DNA from: Raillietiella orientalis
Lineage: Eukaryota
DNA: 64,000 nucleotides
Assembly (NCBI GenBank): GCA_036172245.1
Contig: JAYWIR010000114.1
Span: 1 to 64,000, forward strand
Direction of reading: 5' to 3'
Shown: positions 1 to 15,000 of the stretch, piece after piece
Layout: each line of letters starts with the position of its first letter
Position numbering within the stretch: position 1 is the stretch's first letter
Made by a program: the position numbers and the translations under genes
Notes under the pieces: model-generated
Databases searched by the model: none
Told to the model about the DNA's origin: nothing
The model's input: the letters and a program-made list of their open reading frames with translations, nothing else

Positions 1-3000
1 TTTCTGCAAAGAATCGTTTCCATGGAAAGGAAAAAAAATGCCAATGTGGATTATCCATTCCATCGTTTGTGGAATTTATTCACATGAACAAAACACAACG
101 AACTAAAGGACGTTTTCCGTGGTAACTCTGCAGATTTCCAATACCCTTACTCTCCGATGGGATTCATCTAGGCTCACGATAACAAAATTGGATGACTTGC
201 GTGGAACGCAAAATGGTACGTGTTTCCCAAACATAGTCACTGCCATACGCCACTAATAACTGGTGTTATGATAAGAATCTGTTGGCACACTTAAATGACG
301 CTTTGCGATTTATCCGTACGTTGAGGAAGACATAAGATACCAATCACCTTCAATTATATGTACGTAATTCGAGAAGTGTTCGTTTGAAATTCTTCGTAAA
401 ATTTGTTGTCACCAGAAACTCTTGAAGTAAATGCAACAAGCTGATGTGTATTTCAAGAATGCATGCTTCATTTCATCAGAATGCGGATGACTTTGAAATT
501 ACAATATACGGGAATATTGTTCACCACCTTTCTTTCAATTGATGGCACTGAGACCCAGGTTACTTTTAGCACACAAACAGATACAGTGTGTCATTGATCT
601 CATTTTGTGAAGCAGCTATTGATATCAATGGCACATATGGAGCTGCAACATACTAGACGGAATTTGGAGGCAAAGAGCTGTCGAATGCCCATTCCTCTTC
701 AGAACAATTTTTATCTTTAGAAACAAGGAGAAGAAACCTTTTTTTATTTCTTGTATTTTACTAGATTGGCACCATGACATCGTCATATTTCCGTTCGGCA
801 AGCAGGACTCGTGGCAGTTGTGTGCATACAACTTATTGGAATCCTTGAATCAAGAATATCCGAAAATCGAGCTGTCTCAGCAAGCTGCAGGAACAAGATG
901 AAGTTTAAACTTAAGTAAGCAAGCGAGGTATCCTGAGGTTACATTCGTTTTGAGTGAGGGAGTGTCGCCGTTGTCTTTACAAAGCTCTGTATACAGCTGA
1001 TATGTGAAAAACATTTCTTTGCTGAAATACGCAAAAATTGTAATAAGTACCGATTCACAGTATTTCCTAGGAAATTTTGACAATCAACCATTCCCTCCTT
1101 GTCCTCGATACACATGCTTCCATGGCAGATGAACCAACTACATACGTTGTTGTAGTTGCGAGGAACTTCCGACGATCTAGTGATTCGTGAAATTAGCAAT
1201 ACATTGAAACACTTTCTAACAGAATGTGCTCTAAATTTAAAAATTTGATGCTGATAAATTGGTTTTAATTTCATACAAGTTCAGTTATTCTTTAGATCAT
1301 TGTCCATGGGTGATGTGCTCGTTCATTTGTTTCTTTATGACCATTTGTTCGCAGATGTAGTGGTCACTGTGTGTCGGAAATTGTTAGAAAACCTGAATGT
1401 ATCTACGAGAAATGCGCAGGATGCCCCTCAAGCAGCGTAAGTACGAATTTCTTGCAATCAGAAATGCGATTTGAAGGCGAAACAGGAAGGTTGATTGTTT
1501 GAAACCTGTGTGAACCCTATGTAATAACGTGGATGTGCACCAAGGGAAAAAGGAAAAAATGTGACGGAAGAGTCATTGAACAAAGAGGACTCTATATTTC
1601 TTTACATTATTGGACTATGTTATGAGCACGAACAGAAAACTGTGGTTCCCGCCGACTGCAAATAATGTGGTAGCAAGCTGAGTGCTGACATAATTAATTT
1701 CTATTCCTTTCCATGCATGCACAATAGTAGTACTTCGGTTCTTTGGTTTCAAACACTCAAGTGTAGACACGTGGCATGGAGAATTGCTGCAAACTGCAAG
1801 GCAGTCGCAGGTTGCCTGTTAACGAATTTTGTTACAAATTTCCATGGCACTCATTCAAATATTCGTCACCCTGATGGAGATGCAAGCTCACAACCTATTG
1901 GAGTTCAATTGGAGCAAATGGAAAACCTTTCCCGTTAGAATCTTCAAAAATTTCAGTGTGTTCCCGAAGTCGATACGTATATTTCCTCCCAGGTTTGGTG
2001 TTATAAATGATTGCTGCTTACAACCAGAAAACTGGTGATCACTACTTGTCACATTTCTATAATGGAAAGTTTGCCTTAGATCCATTTTCACCTATCATTG
2101 AAACCACAGTCGTTGGCATGGAAATTATAGCAAAAACCATGTGTATAGGGACTTCTTTTTAGTCAACTTTTTGAAAGTGATGTTCTGAGCAATTCAAGGT
2201 TTCCACGACTGAGACGAATCTGAAAACGCTGCGATCTGTTGATACTGCCACTCCACAATCCCTTTCCTCAGATACAAAGGAAATAAATACATTCATGTGT
2301 GTCAGGAGCTCAATCGTACCTTGCAGTGACTCTTAATCATGATCAGGTCGCAAGGTGAATGTTTGCAGTCTGTTTTCCTGCTCATTAGAACCTGGAATGC
2401 AGAATATTAAAACAGATTGCTCTCTCAGCTTGCTAGAGAACGACGTCTTACTTGCAACCAAACGGAGCAATCCAAGTCAGTTCAAATTACAAGTTGCGTG
2501 AAATGCAGTTCGTACCATTTGTGGCTAAGTGCATTTGCGATAAGCTGAGAGGAGCTCAAGACTACGAATCTCTGCTGCACAACGATTTTGTTAAGTTTAG
2601 AATGACGACACACACCAGGAATGTTTTTGTCTGACAAATTTGTAAGTATTTTCTGCAAAGAATCGTTTCCATGGAAAGGAAAAAAAATGCCAATGTGGAT
2701 TATCCATTCCATCGTTTGTGGAATTTATTCACATGAACAAAACACAACGAACTAAAGGACGTTTTCCGTGGTAACTCTGCAGATTTCCAATACCCTTACT
2801 CTCGGATGGGATTCATCTAGGCTCACGATAACAAAATTGGATGACTTGCGTGGAACGCAAAATGGTACGTGTTTCCCAAACATAGTCACTGCCATACGCC
2901 ACTAATAACTGGTGTTATGATAAGAATCTGTTGGCACACTTCCATGACGCTTTTGAATTTATCCGTACGCTGAGGAAGACATAAGATACCAATCACCTTC

Positions 3001-6000
3001 AATTATATGTACGCAATTCGAGAAGTGTTCGTGTGAAATTCTTCGTAAAATTTGTGGTCACCAGAAACTCTTGAAGTAAATGCAACAAGCTGATGTGTAT
3101 TTCAAGAATGCATGCTTCATTTTATCAGAATGCGGTTGACTTTGAAATTACAATATACGGGAATATTGTTCACCACCTTTCTTTCAATGGATGGCACTGA
3201 GACCCAGGTTACTTTTAGCACACAAACAGATACAGTGTGTCATTGATCTTATTTTGTGAAGCAGCTATTGATATCAATGGCACATATGGAGCTGCAACAT
3301 ACTGGACGGAATTTGGAGGCAAAGAGCTGTCGAATGCCCATTCCTCTTCAGAACAATTTTTATCTTTAGAAACAAGGAGAAAAAACCGCTTTTTATTCCT
3401 TGTATTTTACTAGATTGGCACCATGACATCGTTCATATTTCCGTTCGGCAAGCAGGACTCGTGGCAGCTGTGTGCATACAACTTATTGGAATCCTTGAAT
3501 CAAGAATATCCGAAAATCGAGCTGTCTCAGCAAGCTGCAGGAACAAGATGAAGTTTAAACTTAAGTAAGCAAGCGAGGTTTGGTGAGGTTACATTCGTTT
3601 TGAGTGAGGGAGTGTCGCCGTTGTCTTCACAAAGCTCTGTATACAGCTGATATGTGAAAAACATTTCTTTGCTGAAATACGCAAAAATTGTAATAAGTAC
3701 CGATTCACAGTATTTCCTAGGAAATTTTGACAATCAACCATTCCCTCCTTGTCCTCGATACACATGCTTCCATGGCAGATGAACCAACTACATACGTTGT
3801 TGTAGTTGCGAGGAACTTCCGACGATCTAGTGATTCGTGAAATTAGCAATACATTGAAACACTTTCTAACAGAATGTGCTCTAAAGTTCAAAATTTGATG
3901 CTGATAAATTGGTTTTAATTTCATACAAGTTCAGTTATTCTTTAGATCATTGTCCATGGGTGATGTGCTCGTTCATTTGTTTCTTTATGACCATTTGTTC
4001 GCAGATGTAGTGGTCACTGTGTGTCGGAAATTGTTAGAAAACCTGAATGTATCTACGAGAAATGCGCAGGATGCCCCTCAAGCAGCGTAAGCACGAATTT
4101 CTTGCAATCAGAAATGCGATTTAAAGGCGAAACAGGAAGGTTGATTGTTTGAAACCTGTGTGAACCCTATGTAATAACGTGGATGTGCACCAAGGGAAAA
4201 AGGAAAAAATGTGACGGAAGAGTCATTGAACAAAGAGGACTCTATATTTCTTTACATTATTGGACCATGTTATGAGCACGAACAGAGAACTGTGGTTCCC
4301 GCCGACTGCAAATAATGTGGTAGCAAGCTGAGTGCTGACATAATTAATTTCTATTCCTTTCCATGCATGCACAATAGTAGTACTTCGGTTCTTCAGTTTC
4401 AAACACTCAAGTGTAGACACGTGGCATGGAGAATTGCTGCAAACTGCAAGGCAGTCGCAGGTTGCCTGTTAACGAATTTTGTTACAAATTTCCATGGCAC
4501 TCATTCAAATATTCGTCACCCTGATGGAGATGCACGCTCACAACCTACTGGAGTTCAACTGGAGCAAATGGAAAACCTTTCCAGTTAGAATCTTCAAAAA
4601 TTTCATTGTGTTCCCGAAGTCGATACGTATATTTCCTCCCAGGTTTGGTGTTATAAATGATTGCTGCTTACAACCAGAAAACTGGTGATCACTACTTGTC
4701 ACATTTCTATAATGGAAAGTTTGCCTTAGATCCCTTTTCACCTATCATTGAAACCACAGTCGTTGGCATGGAAATTATAGCAAAAACCATGTGTATAGCG
4801 ACTTCGTTTTTTAGTCAACTTTTTGAAAGTGATAGAACACAGGCAATTCAAGGTTTCAACGACTGAGACGAATCTGAAAACGCTGCGATCTGTTGATACT
4901 GCCACTCCACAATCCGTTTCCTCAGATGCAAAGGAAATAAATACATTCATGTGTGTCAGGAGCTCAATCGTACCTTGCAGTGACTCTTAATCATGATCAG
5001 GTCGCAAGGTGAATGTTTGCAGTCTGTTTTCCTGCTCATTAGAACCTGGAATGCAGAATATCAAAACAGATTGCTCTCTCAGCTTGCTGGAGAACGACGT
5101 CTTACTTGCAACCAAACGAAGCAATCCAACTCAGTTCAAATTACAAGTTGCGTGAAATGCAGTTCGTACCATTTGTGGCTAAGTGCATTTGCGATAAGCT
5201 GAGAGGAGCTCAAGACTACGAATCTCTGCTGCACAACGATTTTGTTTAGATTAGAATGACGACACACACCAGGAATGTTTTTGTCTGACAAATTTGTAAG
5301 TATTTTCTGCAAAGAATCGTTTCCATGGAAAGGAAAAAAAATGCCAATGTGGATTATCCATTCCATCGTTTGTGGAATTTATTCACATGAACAAAACACA
5401 ACGAACTAAAGGACGTTCTCCGTAGTAACTCTGCAGATTTCCAATACCCTTACTCTCCGATGGGATTCATCTAGTCTCACGATAACAAAATTGGATGACT
5501 TGCGTGGAACGCAAAATGGTACGTGTTTCCCAAACATAGTCACTGCCAAACGGCACTAATAACTGCTGTTATGATAAGAATCTGTTGGCACACTTCCATG
5601 ACGCTTTTGAATTTATCCGTACGCTGAGGAAGACATAAGATACCAATCACCTTCAATTATATGTACGCAATTCGAGAAGTGTTCGTGTGAAATTCTTCGT
5701 AAAATTTGTGGTCACCAGAAACTCTTGAAGTAAATGCAACAAGCTGATGTGTATTTCAAGAATGTATGCTTCATTTTATCAGAATGCGGTTGACTTTGAA
5801 ATTACAATATACGGGAATATTGTTCACCACCTTTCTTTCAATGGATGGCACTGAGACCCAGGTTACTTTTAGCACACAAACAGATACAGTGTGTCATTGA
5901 TCTCATTTTGTGAAGCAGCTATTGATATCAATGGCACATATGGAGCTGCAACATGCTGGACGGAATTTGGAGGCAAAGAGCTGTCGAATGCCCATTCCTC

Positions 6001-9000
6001 TTCAGAACAATTTTTATCTTTAGAAACAAGGAGAAGAAACCTCTTTTTATTCCTTGTATTTTTCGTTGGCACCATGACATCGTTCATATTTCCGTTCGGC
6101 AAGCAGCATTCGTGGCAGCTGTGTGGCATACAACTTATTGGAACCCTTGAATTCAAGAATATCCGAAAGGAAATCGAGCTGTCTCAGCAAGCTGCAGGAA
6201 CAAGATGAAGTTTAAACTTAAGTAAGCAAGCGAGGTTTGGTGAGGTTCCATTCGTTTTGAGTGAGGGAGTGTCGCCGCTGTCTTCACAAAGCTCTGTATA
6301 CAGCTGATATGTGAAAAACATTTCTTTGCTGAAATACGCAAAGATTGTAATAAGTACCGATTCACAGTATTTCCTACGAAATTTTGACAATCAACCATTC
6401 CCTCCATGTCCTCGATACACATGCTTCCATGGCAGATGAACCAACTACATACGTTGTTGTAGTTGCAAGGAACTTCCGACGATCTAGTGATTCGTGAAAT
6501 TAGCAATACATTGCTACACTTTCTAACAGAATGTGCTCTAAATTTAAAAACTTGATGCTGATAAATTGGTTTTTATTTCATACAAGTTCAGTTATTCTTT
6601 AGATCATTGTCCATGGGTGATGTGCCTGTTCATTTGTTTCTTCATGACTATTTGTTCGCAAATGTAGTGGTCACTGTGTGTCGGAAAATGTTAGAAAACC
6701 TGAATGTATCTACGAGAAATGCGCAGGATGCCCCTCAAGCAGCGTAAGTACGAATTTCTTGCAATCAGAAATGCGATTTGAAGGCGAAACAGGTAGGTTG
6801 ATTGTTTGAAACCTGTGCGAACCCTATGTAATAACGTGGATGTGCACCAAGGGAAAAAGGAAAAAATGTGACGGAAGAGTCATTGAACAAAGAGGACTCT
6901 ATATTTCTTTACATTATTGGACCATGTTATGAGCACGAACAGAGAACTGTGGTTCCCGCCGACTGCAAATAATGTGGTAGCAAGCTGAGTGCTGACATAA
7001 TTAATTTCTATTCCTTTCCATGCATGCACAATAGTAGTACTTCGGTTCTTTGGTTTCAAACACTCAAGTGTAGACACGTGGCATGGAGAATTGCTGCAAA
7101 CTGCAATGCAGTCGCAGGTTGCTTGTTAACAAATTTTGTTACAAATTTCCATGGCGCTTATTCAAATATTCGTCACCCTGATGGATATGCAAGCGCACAA
7201 CCTATTGGAGTTCAATTGGAGCAAATGGAAAACCTTTCCCGTTAGAATCTTCAAAAATTTCAGTGTTTTCCCGAAGTCCATACGTGGATTTCCTCCCAGG
7301 TTAGGTGTTATAAATGATTGCTGCTTACAACCAGAAAACTGGTGATAACTATTTGTCACATTTGAATAATAAAAAGTTTGCCTTAGATCCCTTTTCACCT
7401 ATCATAGAAACCACAGTCGTTGGCATGCAAATTATAGCAAAAACCATGTGTATAGCGACTTCGTCCTTTAGTCAAGTTTTTGAAAGTGATAGAACACAGG
7501 CAATTCAAGGTTTCAACGACTGCAACGAATCTGAAAACGCTGCGATCTGTAGATACTGCCACTCCACAATCCGTTCCTCCAGATGCGAGAGCAAATACAT
7601 TCGCAGGTCAGGAGCTCAATGTGCCTTGGTGACTCTTAATCATGATCAGGTCATAGGAATTGAATGTTTGCAGTCTATTTTCCTGCTCATTAGAACCTCG
7701 AATGCAGAATATCAAAACAGGTTCCCTCAGCTTGCTGGATCACGACGTCTTACTTGCAACCAAACGAAGCAATCCAAGTCAGTTCAAATTTCCAAGTTGC
7801 ATTAAGTAAGTTCGCCTGTGGCTAAGTGCATTTGCGATAAGCTGAGAGAACTCAAGACTACAGATCTCTGCTGCACAACGATTTTGTCTAGATTAGAATG
7901 ACGACACACACCAGGAATGTTTTTGTCTGACAAATTTGTAAGTATTTTCTGCAAAGAATCGTTTCCATGGAAAAAAAAAAAAAGGCCAATGTGGATTATC
8001 CATTTCATCGTTTGTGGAATTTATTCACATGAACAAAACACAACGAACTAAAGGACGTTTTCCGTGGTAACTCTGCAGATTTCCAATACCCTTACTCTCG
8101 GATGGGATTCATCTAGGCTCACGATAACAAAATTGGATGACTTGCGTGGAACGCAAAATGGTACGTGTTTCCCAAACATAGTAACTGCCATACGCCACTA
8201 ATAACTGGTGTTATGATAAGAATCTGTTGGCACACTTCAATGACGCTTTTCGATTTATCCGTACGTTGAGGAAGACATAAGATACCAATCACCTTCAATT
8301 ATATGTACGTAATTCGAGAAGTGTTCGTTTGAAATTCTTCGTAAAATTTGTTGTCACCAGAAACTCTTGAAGTAAATGCAACAAGCTGATGTGTATTTCA
8401 AGAATGCATGCTTCATTTTATCAGAATGCGGATGACTTTGAAATTACAATATACGGGAATATTGTTCACCACCTTTCTTTCAATGGATGGCACTGAGACC
8501 CAGTTTACTTTTAGCACACAAACAGATACAGTGTGTCATTGATCTCATTTTGTGAAGCAGCTATTGATATCAATGGCACATATGGAGCTGCAACATACTG
8601 GACGGAATTTGGAGGCAAAGAGCTGTCGAATGCCCATTCCTCTTCAGAACAATTTTGATCTTTAGAAACAAGGAGAAGAAACCTCTTTTTATTCCTTGTA
8701 TTTTACTAGATTGGCACCATGACATCGTTCATATTTCCGTTCGGCAAGCAGGACTCGTGGCAGCTTTGTGCATACAACTTATTGGAATCCTTGAATCAAG
8801 AATATCCGAAAATCGAGCTGTCTCAGCAAGCTGCAGGAACAAGATGAAGTTTAAACTTAAGTAAGCAAGCGAGGTTTGGTGAGGTTACATTCGTTTTAAG
8901 TGAGGGAGTGTCGCCGTTGTCTTCACAAAGCTCTGAATACAGCTGATATGTGAAAAACATTTTTTTGCTGAAATACGCAAAGATTGTAATAAGTACCGAT

Positions 9001-12000
9001 TCACAGTATTTTCTAGGAAATTTTGACAATCAACCATTCCCTCCATGTCCTCGATACACATGCTTCCATGGCAGATGAACCAACTACATACGTTGTTGTA
9101 GTTGCGAGGAACTTCCGACGATCTAGTGATTCGTGAAATTAGCAATACATTGAAACACTTTCTAACAGAATGTGCTCTAAATTTAAAAATTTGATGCTGA
9201 TAAATTGGTTTTAATTTCATACAAGTTCAGTTATTCTTTAGATCATTGTCCATGGGTGATGTGCTCGTTCATTTGTTTCTTTATGACCATTTGTTCGCAG
9301 ATGTAGTGGTCACTGTGTGTCGGAAATTGTTAGAAAACCTGAATGTATCTACGAGAAATGCGCAGGATGCCCCTCATTGTGCTTGCTTTTGAATTTCTTG
9401 CAATCAGAAATGCGATTTAAAGGCGAAACAGGAAGGTTGATTGTTTGAAACCTGTGCGAACCCTATGTAATAACGTGGATGTGCACCAAGGGAAAAAGGA
9501 AAAAATGTGACGGAAGAGTCATTGAACAAAGAGGACTCTATATTTCTTTACATTATTGGACCATGTTATGAGCACGAACAGAGAACTGGTTCCCGCCGAC
9601 TGCTAATAATGCTGGTAACATTGAGTGCTGACATAATTAATTTCTATTCCTTTCCATGCATGCACAATAGTAGTACTTCGGTTCTTTGGTTTCAAACACT
9701 CAAGTGTAGACACGTGGCATGGAGAATTGCTGCAAACTGCAAGGCAGTCGCAGATTGCTTGTTAACGAATTTTGTTACAAATTTCAATGGCACTCATTCA
9801 AATATTCGTCACCCTGATGGAGATGCAAGCTCACAACCTATTGGAGTTCATTTGGAGCAAATGGAAAACCTTTCCCGTTAGAATCTTCAAAAATTTCAGT
9901 GTGTTCCCGAAGTCGATACGTATATTTCCTCCCAGGTTTGGTGTTATAAATGATTGCTGCTTACAACCAGAAAACTGGTGGTCACTACTTGTCACATTTC
10001 TATAATGGAAAGTTTGCCTTAGATCCCTTTTCACCTATCATTGAAACCACAGTCGTTGGCATGGAAATTATAGCAAAAACCATGTGTATAGCGACTTCGT
10101 TTTTTAGTCAACTTTTTGAAAGTGATAGAACACAGGCAATTCAAGGTTTCAACGACTGCAACGAATCTGAAAACGCTGCGATCTGTTGATACTGCCACTC
10201 CACAATCCGTTTCCTCAGATGCAAAGGAAATAAATACATTCATGTGTGTCAGGAGCTAAATCGTACCTTGCAGTGACTCTTTATCATGATCAGGTCGCAA
10301 GGTGAATGTTTGCAGTCTGTTTTCCTGCTCATTAGAACCTGGAATGCAGAATATCAAAACAGATTGCTCTCTCAGCTTGCTGGAGAACGACGTCTTACTT
10401 GCAACCAAACGAAGCAATCCAAGTCAGTTCAAATTACAAGTTGCGTGAAATGCAGTTCTTACCATTTGTGGCTAACTGCATTTGCGATAAGCTGAGAGGA
10501 GCTCAAGACTACGAATCTCTGCTGCACAACGATTTTGCTTAGATTAGAATGACGACACACACCAGGAATGATTTTTTTCTGACAAATTTGTAAGTATTTT
10601 CTGCAAAGAATCGTTTCCATGGAAAGGAAAAAAAATGCCAATGTGGATTATCCATTCCATCGTTTGTGGAATTTATTCACATGAACAAAACACAACGAAC
10701 TAAAGGACGTTTTCCGTGGTAACTCTGCAGATTTCCAATACCCTTACTCTCGGATGGGATTCATCTAGGCTCACGATAACAAAATTGGATGACTTGCGTG
10801 GAACGCAAAATGGTACGTGTTTCCCAAACATAGTAACTGCCATACGCCACTAATAACTGGTGTTATGATAAGAATCTGTTGGCACACTTCAATGACGCTT
10901 TTCGATTTATCCGTACGTTGAGGAAGACATAAGATACCAATCACCTTCAATTATATGTACGTAATTCGAGAAGTGTTCGTTTGAAATTCTTCGTAAAATT
11001 TGTTGTCACCAGAAACTCTTGAAGTAAATGCAACAAGCTGATGTGTATTTCAAGAATGCATGCTTCATTTTATCAGAATGCGGATGACTTTGAAATTACA
11101 ATATACGGGAATATTGTTCACCACCTTTCTTTCAATGGATGGCACTGAGAACCAGGTTACTTTTAGTACACAAACAGATACAGTGTGTCATTGATCTCAT
11201 TTTGTGAAGCAGCTATTGATATCAATGGCACATATGGAGCTGCAACATACTAGACGGTATTTGGAGGCAAAGAGCTGTCGAATGCCCATTCCTCTTCAGA
11301 ACAATTTTTATCTTTAGAAACAAGGAGAAGAAACCTTCTTTTATTCCTTGTATTTTACTAGATTGGCACCATGACATCGTCATATTTCCGTTCGGCAAGC
11401 AGGATTCGTGGCAGCTGTGTGCATACAACTTATTGGAATCCTTGAATCAAGAATATCCGAAAATCGAGCTGTCTCAGCAAGCTGCAGGAACAAGATGAAG
11501 TTTAAACTTAAGTAAGCAAGCGAGGTTTCCTGAGGTTACATTCGTTTTGAGTGAGGGAGTGTCGCCGTTGTCTTCACAAAGCTCTGTATACAGCTGATAT
11601 GTGAAAAACATTTCTTTGCTGAAATACGCAAAAATTGTTATAAGTACCGATTCACAGTATTTCCTAGGAAATTTTGACAATCAACCATTCCCTCCTTGTC
11701 CTCGATACACATGCTTCCATGGCAGATGAACCAACTACATACGTTGTTGTAGTTGCGAGGAACTTCCGACGATCTAGTGATTCGTGAAATTAGCAATACA
11801 TTGAAACACTTTCTAACAGAATGTGCTCTAAATTTAAAAATTTGATGCTGATGAATTGGTTTTAATTTCATACAAGTTCAGTTATTCTTTAGATCATTGT
11901 CCATGGGTGATGTGCCCGTTCATTTGTTTCTTTATGACCATTTGTTCGCAAATGTAGTGGTCACTGTGTGTCGGAAATTGTTAGAAAACCTGAATGTATC

Positions 12001-15000
12001 TACGAGAGTAAGGATGCCCCTCAAGCAGCGTAAGTACGAATTTCTTGCAATCAGAAATGCGATTTGAAGGCAAAACAGGAAGGTTGATTGTTTTGAAACC
12101 TGTGTGAACCCTATGTAATAACGTGGACGTGCACCGGGGAAAAAGGAAAAAATGTGACGGAAGAGTCATTGAACAAAGAGGACTCTATATTTCTTTACAT
12201 TATTGGACTATGTTATGAGCACGAACAGAGAACTGTGGTTCCCGCCGACTGCTAATAATGTGGTAGCAAGCTGAGTGCTTACATAATTAATTTCTATTCC
12301 TTTCCATGCATGCACAATAGTAGTTCTTCGGTTCTTTGGTTTCAAACACTCAAGTGTAGACACGTGGCATGGAGAATTGCTGCAAACTGCAATGCAGTCG
12401 CAGGTTGCTTGCTAACAAATTTTGTTACAAATTTCCATGGCGCTTATTCAAATATTCGTCACCCTGATGGAGATGCAAGCGCACAACCTATTGGAGTTCA
12501 ATTGGAGCAAATGGAAAACCTTTCCCGTTAGAATCTTCAAGAAATTCAGTGTGTTCCCGAAGTCGATACGTATATTTCCTCCCAGGTTTGGTGTTATAAA
12601 TGATTGCTGCATACAACCAGAAAACTGGTGATCACTACTTGTCACATTTCTATAATGGAAAGTTTGCCTTAGATCCCTTTTCACCTATCATTGAAACCAC
12701 AGTCGTTGGCATGCAAATTATTGCAAAAACCATGTGTATAGCGACTTCATCCTTTAGTCAACTTATTGAAAGTGATAGAACACAGGCAATTCAAGGTTTC
12801 AACGACTGCAACGAATCTGAAAACGCTGCGATCTGTTGATACTGCCACTCCACAATCCGTTTCCTCAGATGCAAAGGAAATAAATACATTCATGTGTGTC
12901 AGGAGCTCAATCGTACCTTGCAGTGACTCTTAATCATGATCAGGTCGCAAGGTGAATGTTTGCAGTCTATTTTCCTGCTCAGTAGAACCTCGAATGCAGA
13001 ATATCAAAACAGATTGCTCCCTCAGCTTGCTGGATCACGACGTCTTACTTGCAACCAAACGAAGCAATCCAAGTCAGTTCAAATTTCAAGTTGCGTGAAA
13101 TGCAGTTCGTACCATTTGTGGCTAAGTGCATTTGCGATAAGCTGAGAGGAGCTCAAGACTACGAATCTCTGCTGCACAACGATTTTGTGAAGCTTAGAAT
13201 GACGACACACACCAGTAATGTTTTTGTCTGACAAATTTGTAAGTATTTTCTGCAAGGAATCGTTTCCATGGAAAGGAAAAAAAATGCTAATGTGAATTAT
13301 CCATTCCATCGTTTGTGGAATTCATTCACATGAACAAAACACAACGAACTAAAGGACGTTTTCCGTGGTAACTCTGCAGATTTCCAATACCCTTACTCTC
13401 CAATGGGATTCATCTAGGCTAACGATAACAAAATTGGATGACTTGCAGGGAACGCAAAACGGTACGTGTTTCCCAAACATAGTCACTGCCAAACGCCACT
13501 AATAACTGGTGTTATGATAAGAATCTGTTGGCACACTTCAATGACGGTTTTTGATTTATCCGTACGCTGAGGAAGACATAAGATACCAATCACCTTCAAT
13601 TATATGTACGCAATTCGAGAAGTGTTCGTGTGAAATTCTTCGTAAAATTTGTGGTCACCAGAAACTCTTGAAGTAAATGCAACAAGCTGATGTGCATTTC
13701 AAGAATGCATGCTTCATTTTATCAGAATGCAGATGACCTTGAAATTACAATATACGGGAATATTGTTCACCACCTTTCTTTCAATAGATGGCACTGAGAC
13801 CCAGGATACTTTTAGCGCACACAAACAGATACAGTGTGTCATTGATCTCATTTTGTGAAGCAGCTATTGATATCAATGGCACATATGGAGCTGCAACATA
13901 CTGGACGGAATTTGGAGGCAAAGAGCTGTCGAATGCCCATTCCTCTTCAGAACAATTTTTAAATTTAGAAACAAGGAGAAGAAACCGCTTTTTATTCCTT
14001 GTATTTTACTAGATTGGCACCATGACATCGTTCATATTTCCGTTCGGCAAGCAGGACTCGTGGCAGCTGTGTGCATACAACTTATTGGAATCCTTGAATC
14101 AAGAATATCCGAAAATCGAGCTGTCTCAGCAAGCTGCAGGAACAAGATGAAGTTTAAACTTAAGTAAGCAAGCGAGGTTTGGTGAGGTTACATTCGTTTT
14201 GAGTGAGGGAGTGTCGCCGTTGTCTTCACAATGCCTTGCATACAGCTGATATGCGAAAAAGATTTCTTTGCTGAAATTCACAAAGATTGTAATAAGTACC
14301 GATTCACAGTATTTCCTAGGAAATTTTGACAATCAACCATTCCCTCCATGTCCTCGATACACATGCTTCCATGGCAGATGAACCAACTACATACGTTGTT
14401 GTAGTTGCGAGGAACTTCCGACGATCTAGTGATTCGAGAACTTAGCAATACTTTGCAACACTTTCTAACAGAATTTGCATCAAATCTAAAAATTTGATGC
14501 TGACAAATTGGTTCCAATTGCACACAAGTTCAGTTATTCTTTTGATCAATGTCCAGGGGTGATGTGTCCGTTTATTACTTTCTTTATGACCATTTGTTCA
14601 CAGATGTAGTGGTCACTGTGTGTCGGAAATTGTTAGAAAACCTAAATGTATCTACGAGAAATGCGCAGGATGCTCCCCAAGCAGCGTAAGTACGAATTTC
14701 TTGCAATCAGAAATGCGATTTGAAGGCGAAACAGGTAGGTTGATTGTTTGACACCTGTGTGAACCCTATGTAATAACGTGGATGTGCACCAAGGGGAAAA
14801 GTAAAAAATGTGACGCAACAGTCAATGAACCAAGAGAACTCTTTATTTCTTCACATTATTGGACCATGTTATGAGCACGAACAGAGAACTGTGGTTCCCG
14901 CCGACTGCTAATAATGTGGTAGCAAGCTGGGTGCTGACATAATTAATTTCTATTCCTTTCGATGCATGCACAATAGTAGTACTTCGGTTCTTTGGTTTCA

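Noticed and set aside
1437..1461. Tiny GTAAGT...CAG intron-like segment in each unit
   Set aside because: I could not show that removing it builds a coherent ORF, and such motifs arise by chance in AT-rich DNA.
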